This document shows positions 1 to 10,444 of a stretch of 64,000 nt of DNA, one piece after another. The DNA comes from Oopsacas minuta (lineage: Eukaryota; Animalia; Porifera), in contig JAKMXF010000011.1 of assembly GCA_024704765.1 (NCBI GenBank), positions 665,557 through 729,556 on the forward strand, given 5' to 3'. The notes beneath the pieces are model-generated. The model saw nothing but the letters and a program-made list of their open reading frames with translations, was not told where the DNA came from and searched no databases. Positions within the stretch are counted from its first letter, which is position 1, and every line of letters begins with the position of its first letter. A program made the position numbers and the translations under genes.

Positions 1-1
1 A

Positions 2-76
2 GAAATATCCGCACTACAATCAGAATTGGAGAGACTTAGACTCAAAACATTCCCTGCACTCTTACAACTGAGCTAA
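2..76 (+). CDS. CFAP43: 3' end of cilia- and flagella-associated protein 43 (gene begins upstream of the window)
   Basis: Frame from base 2 reads EISALQSELERLRLKTFPALLQLS*, matching my recollection of the CFAP43/WDR96 C-terminus (EVERLRMKTFPALVQM). Only 24 codons are visible. Confidence 0.7.
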   Translation, partial: EISALQSELERLRLKTFPALLQLS

Positions 77-80
77 CTAT

Positions 81-105
81 TATATTATTATTATTATTAT
101 TATTA
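81..105. repeat. (TAT)n microsatellite
   Basis: tatattattattattattattatta directly after the CFAP43 stop. Confidence 0.8.
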
Positions 106-1055
106 TACAGATGATTATACTTATTTATCATATATTAAATGACGTAATCAGTTACATTATACTCTCATTTACAGAAATATTTTAGGGATAATTATCATAG
201 AAATTATCGGAGTGTACGCTACGTTAGTCTTCCTCAATGTGCGGAGGCTGTATACAAAAGATTGTTAACAAATCCTCGAATCTACAGATTTTATGAACAT
301 TGGAGCTAATTATAGCATACACTTTGGGCTGTTATGCTGTTGTGGTATTGTAATTGCGTGGGCAGATATCCCTATATATCTCACAATTAATAAATTAGCA
401 GCTCAGCGTCGAAATACCTACTCCTCGATGATACAATACAGTTTGAACCTAAGTACGTAATAGTCATTGAGAAATGTTTCAAACTACCATCGAATATTTA
501 TGAGAGTCTATAGGCGTGGCGGAAACAAAATGAAAGTTGTACAAATACCATACATTTAATGCAGATTCCAGAAAAAGTGGAACGGAACTTGCCTGACCGG
601 TTTCACCAGCCCTGGCCTACCTCAAATATAATGGAACGAAGTGTCAGTTTATTGGATACCGACATTTCGTTCCAAAAATATATTGAATCAGGTCCTAGAG
701 GCATTCATTGAGTTTGGGGAGTGAGAACTGACCGTGGATAAGTGATGGGACGAAATAGTAAAAACTACATCAAAATTAAGAGAATAGTTCCAGTAAAGGA
801 ATGTTAATAGAACATTGTTACACACATCAATGAACCAATAATAAATACACACAATCTTGATGAACAATCAAACAAACTCTGAAATGAGAGAGAACTCACT
901 ATTAAAATAATCAATAGCAGGCTTAATAACCTACCAACCTACAAACATAGAGTCTACTCGAAATATATATTAAACAACCTAGCAAGTTAAAAGCACTGTA
1001 CAATCCTGGAGTAGAGGGTACAAACAACTTTTTTCTCTTCTAATTTACTTTCATT

Positions 1056-4019
1056 CTAGGATACTTGGTCCATATTTGCTTCTAGGAGTAGAATTCCTGA
1101 TTCCTTTCTTGGAGGCATTCGTTCATTTCCTTTATCTAAGTCTTTCGCTTGATCGAATGATTTTATTTCACAGATTCCTTTCACCTCTAATTTGTGTATA
1201 GCTGTAGAAGATAATGTATAGTGAAACTCAAATAAGACATATCACCTCGAGAAACGGTTAATTCCACTTAATCGTGCAAAATGACCTGCCCTAAGCCCTG
1301 AAGTTACCCTACTGAGCAGACTCTATTGTATTTAAATATTAAAAACAACTGTATTTGGTGGCTATCACTGACAACTATCCAATATCCACTATTATTATAT
1401 TGTATTAATAAAACTCGAATAACCTGATGCTAATCCCTCTTTCCCTTGTTGTAGAATTCCATAAGGTAATTCACCAGCTGGTGTAAGTCCCTTCAGTCTA
1501 ACTACATTCTCACTCTCCTCTCTGTAGAATAAAACGAAAGTAAATTACATGTCTTTCTAAGGTATATCCTGATTAAGTTTTAACCATGGATGGAAGATTT
1601 ACTGTATCTTCTTGGGTTTTGTTCTAGGTCATTTTGAAGTACTCCTCGCTTGGTTGGAGCGAGGATTTCTATAGAACATAAATCCACCATCCATGGTTAC
1701 ATAGGTAATAAGCATATCTGGAGACCATTTTTATCAAAGCACAATACCTGAGAACACTGAAAACTCGTTGTATCTTCCCTATAGCTCTTATCTTGCTCTT
1801 TATTACTTCTTTTCTATCAGGCACGTCAGGTGGAATTTCCTCATCTAATTATCGTTATAATTACGCATAATACTATACAGGTATTGGAAATTTTGTACTT
1901 TGACTTACCAGTACTATCGTCACTACCGTCATCATCCTCTGGACATATCTTTAGGATATTGAGTAACATTTCTGTAACTTTCTCTCCAACGAATGGAAGA
2001 GACCACGTGAATACATCCATGAAGTTAGGGAGCCAGTAGGGGTGAGGAGAGTATTGGAACTGTCGAATATTCATCACATTATTTTCGTACTTCAATACGG
2101 CGGCTATAGGAACTCAATTATTTAAGCTATTCAGTCAATTACTTTTTGAAAGAATCGGGTATACGTACTATAGTATATGAACTACAGATTAGTTGTAAGG
2201 TTTGGTACCGATATATCGGAAATGAAAAATATCGAAAATATCAAAATATCAATTATCGATGACTAACTATACCTTTATTATTAAAAACATCTAGATAATT
2301 GGGAGCTGAGAATATAGTAATTAGAGACGGGAATCCTTTACATTTCTCATACATCTTATAACTACACAAATAATGTTTATTATTCAGAATATACCATGGA
2401 TAAGAACAGTAAATAATAATAGGAAATTACCCAGCATCTTGAGCTTCATGTGCTCTTATGATAGACAGCAGTTGATTCTTTGATAAGAACTCACATACAG
2501 CTTGAAAACTAGTTAAAAAGCGCGAAATTAGAATACTTCTAGAATCGACGAAAATCCTCTATATGCAAACTAGATATTTAACCATGGATGGTGGATTTGG
2601 TTGGAGGGAGGATTTCTATATAACATAATCCACAATTCATTGCTAAGTATATGGGAACCATTTTCGTATGGGACCATGGCTTAACAGGTTACCTGTAGAA
2701 ATAAGAACAACCTCTGACAGTATTATGACTGAAGAATTCTGTCCCACTACTCTCTTCACTGCCGTATTTCTCAAGAGGATCTGACCATAATAAGTCACAC
2801 ATTACACCGCTAGGAGGAATCTCTTGGAACCGATCAATCTAATGCAGATACGAGTAACAATACAGCAATAATACGTATAAGTTGATTTTAAGCAAGGGTA
2901 AGAATCATTATTAGAGCCTAGCAGTTTCAATTCCTTAATTTATTTAATATCCTTATTATATTGTAAAAAGTTGAACCACAACAGATATATTACAGAATAT
3001 TCTACATGTCTTTACTTATACCTTAACGATGTCTTCAAGAGAAGTGATTTCAGGAGATAACCCTCCATGTACACATAAGAACTGATTGTTCATTATAGCA
3101 GCAAGGGGGAGACAGTCAAATGCATCCATACACTCATCATACAGATTTTCTGAATACTTTATACAGCCTATATACACACAAATAATAATACAAAATAGTG
3201 TTATTATATAAAATTATGGGTTTCATATTTTTCGCCAAATGTATCGTGAATTTCAGAGATATTGAGAGGTAATTATTTAGGAGGGAAGATACAGTAGAAC
3301 TCGGATAAGACGTACACTCATAGTACATACTATTTTGACGAAGAGGTACCGTATATGTTATCCGAATTGTAGTGTAATGTATAAAAGTTAAATAATACAC
3401 ATACATTCTTGTTTGAAAGTAAAGTACTCAGTGAGATGTCTACACTCATGATTTCCTCTCAACATGAACAGTGTAGTAGGATACGATGCCTTTAGAGACC
3501 ATAAGTATAATACACACTCTATAGAGAAGTAACCACGATCTACGTAATCTCCCAGGAATAGATAAGTAGTGGATTCAATAGATCCTCCTACTTCAAATAG
3601 TTTGAGGAGGTCAAAGAATTGTCCGTGTACATCTCCACACACTGTAACAGGACGACTACACTCTATCTTCAATAAATTGTCTTCTTTTCTTAGAAGTTCC
3701 TTGCCTTCTCGGATTATCCTGTTATGAATTCGAGAACTCATTAGTAAAATCAATTCATAAGGGGAAAAGATAAGAATTTACCTGAGAGCTGCATCCTCTT
3801 CTATCCGGCCTTCCTGCTTCAAGTGCTCCTTCAATACTTGAGACAATACTTTACCATCTTCTGTATACAGCTGATCCATCTTTAGGAATTCCTTTGCTGG
3901 ATGAGGAATATCTGGAAAAGATTGGAAAATTTAATATATTTTGAAAATTGAATTTCTACAATTTATGTACCTGGTTTCATTCTGCCTTTAGTCTGGGGAA
4001 GATCTTCCTTGTTTGCCAT
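1056..4019 (-). CDS. PPP3C: Calcineurin catalytic subunit A (PP2B), 11 exons
   Basis: Hand-spliced exons: 4019-3971, 3911-3782, 3718-3405, 3167-3022, 2838-2693, 2508-2431, 2361-2273, 2103-1909, 1844-1748, 1521-1424, 1201-1056, all GT-AG. Motifs: [52 protein letters not shown] (CnB binding), [23 protein letters not shown] (CaM binding), [19 protein letters not shown] (autoinhibitory). Confidence 0.97.
1583..1697. mobile_element. MITE family E copy (TIR ACCATGGATGG) in a calcineurin intron; second degraded copy at about 2581-2642
   Basis: ta|accatggatgg...ccatccatggt|ta. The internal tggttggagNgaggatttctataNaacata is shared with the copy at 2581-2642. Confidence 0.65.
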
Positions 4020-4949
4020 AACAATTATGCTAAATAAAACCTCTAACAATTAATAAACTGAGATTCGAATATTTGAGGATAACAACAATAAACCGTGTAC
4101 GAAAAGTCGGATTTTCATATTGGCATGTGCTGAGGTTCGCGAAAATGCGAAAATTGAGGCTAATTTGATAACTTGTGAGATGTTGATTGGACATATTCAA
4201 GATAACAAGTATTTATATTCGGGAACAAGGTAAGATAAATACTCTAATTTTAGAAATAGGACTATCTAAGTAGCAATTCCAATAGTACGTAGATACCACC
4301 ACATAATGCTAACCAATTCCACTAGTTCTTCCGTCATTAACAACTTTCAAACAATAAGAGTTACGTATAATGTGTAAAGATATTGTATGCGAATAATGTA
4401 AACATCTACTAATGCACGTCGATAGGAGTAACGCCATGTGTTTATGTTATATCGTATATTCCGGGGGTATATTTTGGGAACGGCTCCTCATCTTGGTGCT
4501 ATCTGGGGAAATTACAATTTCTGAAGTTATAATCGTAATGCACAGGGGCAGATTCTTATTTATTACATAATCTCTCATACCTTGTTTAGAGATATCGAGT
4601 GGATCTCGCATATTAGCAATCGAATTTTGCAGGATTTTCTTTGCGCTATTACAATGTGCACTTTATGTCCATGAAAATAAGTTACTAATAGGGGAACATC
4701 ACTGTAGAAATGACAGTTATCTGAAGTTTCCAGTTTACACAGTATTAATATTCAGAACCTGGAAAGAGACTATTATCATCGGGTAAAATTCCCAAAATTT
4801 CCCCTGAACAAATGAATTGAGTGACTGCACTGACTATACCATGTAAGGTTCAATTCAATTAATGGCGTAATTATCGTATTATGATAAGTAAAGTGAGTAC
4901 TATATGATAGCATAAATTTAGTGTATGCTATTCTATACGGATTATAATG

Positions 4950-5237
4950 TTAGTTCTTAGATTCTCGTTCTGCTTGTCTACGCTGGAGAATAGCCATAAC
5001 CTTGTCTCTCTCCTCGGCTAGTTCTGGTTCACGTTTTCTCCGGTTTGCTAGTATTTCCTCGGCAGCAGCATCAGCATCGTAATTCTTGTAGAAATTGTTG
5101 ATACGATCCCGTCTCGGTACGAAGTAGGAGTACCAGAAGATCATCCCTCCCACGACTGATAGAACACTCGCAATCTGTACGTGACGAGATAGATAGTTAG
5201 AAGCGATGTTACGTAACATAGGTTTTGGTATAGACAT
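4950..5237 (-). CDS. COX6C: Cytochrome c oxidase subunit 6C, single exon
   Basis: N-terminal PKPMLR, one TM helix, then FYKNYD (human PKPRMR...FYRNYD), followed by a charged C-terminal extension. Confidence 0.85.
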   Translation of the reverse strand: MSIPKPMLRNIASNYLSRHVQIASVLSVVGGMIFWYSYFVPRRDRINNFYKNYDADAAAEEILANRRKREPELAEERDKVMAILQRRQAERESKN

Positions 5238-5796
5238 CGTGCTAGCTTGCTATATCTAGCCGTAAGAAATCAAGAATTTATAAGATAAATTCAAGGAAAT
5301 GCCTGGGATATTTAGCTTTCAGATATAATAAAGTAAATTTAGTAAAAATTGCATGTACAGTAGAGTAGTAGATGCCAGTTATAGGAACATATATTGCTAC
5401 TCCCAAGGGTGACCAGCACCCACTGTATGTTGAAATGTATAATCTCAAGGGATACAACATAATTACAAAAGTAACTAACAGGAGTCTCAGTATAAGAGTG
5501 AGATTTTCACTATGAATGCTATCAAAAATATGATTCTAACGTAAAGCTTTATCTACCATACAAAAATAGACTATATGTCCATGAAAAGAGTTGCTAATAG
5601 GCTGATTTTGCTATATGACGAATTACATATAGGCACACCACTGTAGTATGACAGAATGACGCTATGCAGGCTGCAGCTGTAGTGCAGTGCTGGGTCACAC
5701 AAAATAAATCGCTAGTTTGAACTTAAGCGAAAAATACCATAATGGAAATGATAGATATCTTATATTTATTGCTAAAATCGTAATACAAATTATGCT

Positions 5797-6345
5797 TCAA
5801 GACTTGCTAATTTGATCTTTCCGCTTCCCTCTATCTCTATCCTTCTTACCACTATCAGGGCGTTTAATACTAATAGCAATGTCTATATAATCTCCTATCT
5901 GAAACTTTTGACTTGATAAAGTACAATTATCATCTTGTCCTCGTTTCCCAGCTGTTGTAACACCTATATCTTTAATTCTGAATATAGCTGATCCTCTGAC
6001 TCTATTCCCCGTGTGGTAGGGAAATACAGTAGCGAATGAGAATATAGTTCCTTTCTGTCTTGTATCAGGATTCACCTCATGGACCAGGGACATCAATTCT
6101 TTCAGTGTACAATCCATCCATGTGTATATCTGTAATTCATCAGCTGGTACTTTTCCACTGGAAAAATCCTGTGATCTATGATGTCTGCCATTAGAATTAC
6201 AGAATACACGTAGTAATAGAGGGCAGGTACTTTGTCTGTCTATTGTGTTAGGGAGGAAACCTGCTATAAACCTCTCTCTGTCACGAATAGGAGGGTCTCT
6301 GAGGTTGATAGGGGAACGAGAACGAGAGCGACGCTTGGAGGCCAT
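5797..6345 (-). CDS. SAP18: Sin3A-associated protein 18, single exon
   Basis: IDRQSTCPLLLRVF, ELQIYTWMDCTLKEL and FQIGDYIDIAI are SAP18 hallmarks; RS/basic termini. Confidence 0.95.
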   Translation of the reverse strand: MASKRRSRSRSPINLRDPPIRDRERFIAGFLPNTIDRQSTCPLLLRVFCNSNGRHHRSQDFSSGKVPADELQIYTWMDCTLKELMSLVHEVNPDTRQKGTIFSFATVFPYHTGNRVRGSAIFRIKDIGVTTAGKRGQDDNCTLSSQKFQIGDYIDIAISIKRPDSGKKDRDRGKRKDQISKS

Positions 6346-6968
6346 AACAATATACCAATAGCTAGTGGTTGAAAGAAAATGGTAATGATATCAATTTGAT
6401 AAGCGCTATTAATAGTCTTCTTACAATACCCTGACTACAGTATAGTTATAACGAGAATAGATAAACGAATAGTGCTCATATCGACGGAGATCAAAATCCA
6501 CATTCTCATATACGTATCTACTCTCTAATATTATCCGAGATTTATCAATTAATGATAATGGGATGTTTTAACTTTAAAGTGAGTTAATTTTTCTATTATT
6601 TAAGAGAATTCCTTGAGGGAATAGGCGTTGCTGGCAACCCCAGAGGAATTGTCAGCAACCCAAATAGTAATTCCTAGATTACTGGCGAGTGGGTCACCGA
6701 ACTTTCTAATAGCTTGAACGATCCAACGGGTGCTCACTCTCTAAATGACCCCTGAAGAATACGAAAGGATACAAAGCATATTATAATATATAGTCTGCTA
6801 TGATTACTAACTACAAAACGGTAAGAAATTACTAAACAACACAAAAATGCGTGTTAATGAGATAAATACAAGACTAATAAAATGATTAACTCAAATACGA
6901 AATTAGAATTTTCCTACACTAGATACAATTTTCTTAACTAACTACAGTTTGCTCTTCTCTACTACTAG

Positions 6969-9296
6969 TCAAGAACATTTTAACTTTATATTATCGCCCA
7001 GTTTGTCAATAAACTCAAAAGTATTCAAATAATCTTCACGCTCTACATTGGGTAATCCCTTGATACAAGCAGCAAGATCTTTGGTCATGAAACCTGATTC
7101 AATTGTGTCAATACATACTTGTTCTAGAATATTCGAGAAGTCAGCTAGAGCTGTATTTTTGTCTAGTTTAGCTCTGTGTTGTAGCCCTCTGCTCCAGGCG
7201 AATATGGAAGCTATGGGATTTGTAGATGTCTCTTTACCTACAATAATTATGACAAGTGAAATACGATGTTTATTAGTAAAGAAAGTAAGAAACAGAGTAG
7301 ATAATTGTCATATCAATCGAATATGCTGAATCCGATTTCACACCTTGATTAATCATATGTAAATATACATATATATATATATATACGTATATTGTTTTAA
7401 TGAATATAAAGTGTACAAATTACTGGAATTTCAAAATATCGATAGAGAGTCTAGAGTATTGATCTCATCAACGTGTACATAAGAGCAACCAAGTGTGCTG
7501 ATTCAGAATATCTCATTTTCAAGTTTGTCATATGTAATTTAATTGAATATTAAACGAACATACGCGGGTAAGTGTTTGCAAGCTGCTCAGTAATATATTT
7601 CTAGAAAATCAAATCTTTTGATTCTCTACACAGGTAACATAACTAACCCTGCTGATGCTGTCTATAATGCCGTGTAACAGTTCCATGTGCAGCCTCAGCT
7701 TCTACTGTTATACCATCAGGACATACTAGCACACTAGTCATCATTCCTAGAGACCCATATCCCTGAGCTACTGTATCAGATTGTACATCACCGTCATAGT
7801 TCTTACATGCCCATACGAACCCTCCCTCTGATTTAATACAGTATGCTACCATGTCATCTATCAGTCTGTGTTCATACCAAATCTTCTTAGCATCATATTG
7901 AGCTTGATATTCCCTCTCATAGATATCCTATCAAAGAATTCGTTACGATTCACGAAAATGTATCTATTGTATTCGTTCTGACATTTATGGCTTAACCTTG
8001 CATTGTCAGATACCAAGGATGATACATTTTGAAATTTCAATACCTGTGAGGAGGGGCGAGCGAACGTGCAGTTTTAAAGTATAAACTTACTATTTCCTAT
8101 TATTAGATATATAATATTTATTACAAATTATCATATTATAGGACTTTTTGAGTTACAAGCATCTCTCTCCTTTCGCGGAGGTGACGTTCCTAAAATTTCC
8201 TCGCAAGGAGAGAGCCGTGAGACTATCTGTACAAGTATAAGTATGTTTATAAAACTATACAAGAAAAAGTAACCTGAAAAATATCCTTAAATCTCCCATC
8301 ATATTTCTTCAGTATAGTATTCTTAGTAGATAGATATAATGGCCATTCCTTCTGTAGAGCAACTTTAAAACAAGCATGAGCAAAGTCCTCAATTGATTTA
8401 TCTGTATTGTACATAGCCATGGCTACCCCGGGACCTTCATACTCATGCACAATGTAGCTTTGTCCTTCACCACCATCAGTTGGTTTGTAGCTGATTGTCA
8501 ATGTACCAGCACCTGGTACTACGAAGTCAGTAGCTTTATATTGATCAGCATGGGCGTGTCTCCCGATTATAATTGATTTAGTCCAACCAGGGACTAAACG
8601 AGGAATGTTACTACAGATGATAGCCTCTCTGAATACTGTTCCCCCTAGGATATTCCTGATTGTACCGTTAGGAGATTTCCACATCTTCTTGAGGTTGAAT
8701 TCTTCAACTCGTTTCTCATCTGGTGTGATTGTAGCACATTTTATTCCTACATTGTACTTCTTTATCGCTTGTGCGCATTCAAATGTTACCTAGTTGAAAA
8801 AAAGTTATGGAAATTCGAAATGGGATGATGAAATTAGCTACAGTCAACTGCTGTAAAATCGAAAAAGTATGAAATTGTAATAAAAAAGGTCCCAAACCGT
8901 CAAAGTAACATAATTCATCGGTTGCATCGTAGTAATTATCACCGCCCCTTTGAGCTTCGATATAACGCGAGTTGACTTTATTTCAATATTTTCTAAAATT
9001 CAGAGATATAATTGTCCCAGGAAATGCGAAATGGTTCATTTTGTTCCCAAATTTCCTATTTTCGATACACATGCGAAAACAAATGATCCCTTCGAGTTGG
9101 ATAACATGCAGACGATACTCACTTTATCATCTGTCAGATCTCTATTCTCAATTCCCAAATCAAAACTCTTTATATCTAACTCCACAAAAGGGAATATCAA
9201 CTTTTCCTTTATAAGCTCCCATATAACTCGTGTCATCTCATCTCCCTTCACTTCTACCACTGTACCGCCCTGTATTTTCTTGCTGCTGCTTGCCAT
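6969..9296 (-). CDS. IDH1: NADP-dependent isocitrate dehydrogenase, cytosolic type, 4 exons
   Basis: Exons 9296-9123, 8789-8274, 7927-7648, 7237-6969. Motifs [64 protein letters not shown]. No mitochondrial presequence. Confidence 0.96.
8841..8978. mobile_element. MITE family A (Tc1/mariner-pogo-like; TIR about CAGTCAACTCNCGTTATATCGAA; TA flanks), IDH1 intron 1
   Basis: ta|cagtcaactg...ttcgatataacgcgagttgactt|ta. The core ggtcccaaaccgtcaaagtaaca is shared with at least 9 other copies. Confidence 0.8.
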
Positions 9297-9579
9297 GTTA
9301 CTTACTGAACGTAACAACGTATTTGATGAGAAAGAATGTATGTAGTTTGTTGTAAATTTGTGTCTCAACGTAGAACAAAGATGAAGTATTAATCTACTGT
9401 GAGTCAGAGCCAGAATGTAGACTAATATAGCAAATGTAATACATTAAATAATTACAAAAGGAATTTACTTATTTAGATTTCATTAGGTAATTAATATTCT
9501 GTCAGTGTAGGTAAGTAATATTCTGCAATTAGTATGAAGGAATAACTATAATAATAATAATAATGTAGTGTCTGTAATA

Positions 9580-10230
9580 TAAATTATGGGTATCAGGTTT
9601 AGATCAAATCTTGTAGCGGGAAGGTTTTTTTTATTAAAATCCAGACATTTGAGGATTTTCTGAATAAAACTGGGACTTTCCTGAACAGGATCGAACCATA
9701 GAAATAACTGGTAAGCGAATCGCTCCAACGTAGGTGTCGTAAACCACCAGGGCAATCCGGAATGTCCGGGGCAGACCTCCGGAATTATCCTTTGGTTCAT
9801 TCAATGGATAGTTTGTTATAACCTTTATCATACTCAATCGATAATGTATTATGAAGTCTCAATTACAAGCTATCCATTACTCAAAATAAAAATATTTCGG
9901 TGTCATGCCCGATTTCCAGTTCAGAAGTTAGCTTATTTCTACACAATTTCTAGTACAGGGTGGTGTCTGCTCACTGGCTGTCCCAAGGGGGGCAAACAGG
10001 GCAGCTGCCCTGGATTTGAAAATCCTGGCCTCGGGGTTGCCAGATCTTCGGACCACCAATGCTTATTATATAATAATATTTTGCACCGAGTTTTCCCGTG
10101 TTAGAAATCCTGGGACCGCCCATGTGTCTGCTACATGCTAACAATGCAACATTTCTCGAAAAATCCCAAAACGGATTCTTGTGAATTTGGAAAAGTTGCA
10201 GAGCATAAATTCTACATCCAACAGAATCAA
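9580..10230. mobile_element. Degraded GC-rich DNA-transposon remnants between IDH1 and plexin
   Basis: GC-rich patches (tacagggtg, cagggcagctgccctg palindrome, ggggttgccag, ccggaatgtccgg) that resemble TIR and subterminal motifs. No transposase ORF. Confidence 0.35.
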
Positions 10231-10444
10231 GCATCAAATATATTAATAAGCCCTTTAACGACTATAAGTAGTTACTGATTGGGTTAACTTGCAGAAATGC
10301 GAATAAAAACAATATTTGAATCACTCAGACAAATTATTACACATAACCATAGCTATGAAATAACAAACAATCAAAATATATAATATATAATACTTATCAT
10401 AAATGAGAGTTCAAAAATGGAATAATTATACCCTAGCAACGAGG

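Noticed and set aside
175-309. Possible extra exon KYFRDNYHRNYRSVRYVSLPQCAEAVYKRLLTNPRIYRFYEHWS* after an acag acceptor
   Set aside because: CFAP43 already stops at 76, no donor feeds this segment, and I recognise no homology.
6764-6772. U12-type donor GTATCCTTT on the minus strand (also at about 27274-27281)
   Set aside because: Neither lies at an exon boundary I can support, and there is no convincing U12 branch site.
6640-6775. U3 snoRNA box A-like ttcaggggtcattt on the minus strand; also gactatactttc at about 30904
   Set aside because: Boxes B, C and D are absent, so these are short chance matches.
7048-7329. Plus-strand ORF over the last IDH1 exon, and the many similar shadow ORFs (e.g. 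8950, 17096, 19860, 21634, 31491, 39346, 43707, 47492, 48959, 51877, 56070, 61770)
   Set aside because: These are antisense or alternative-frame shadows of real exons with no recognisable protein features.
9546-10237. Four short ORFs between IDH1 and plexin
   Set aside because: They overlap GC-rich repeat debris and show no splice logic or transposase motif.
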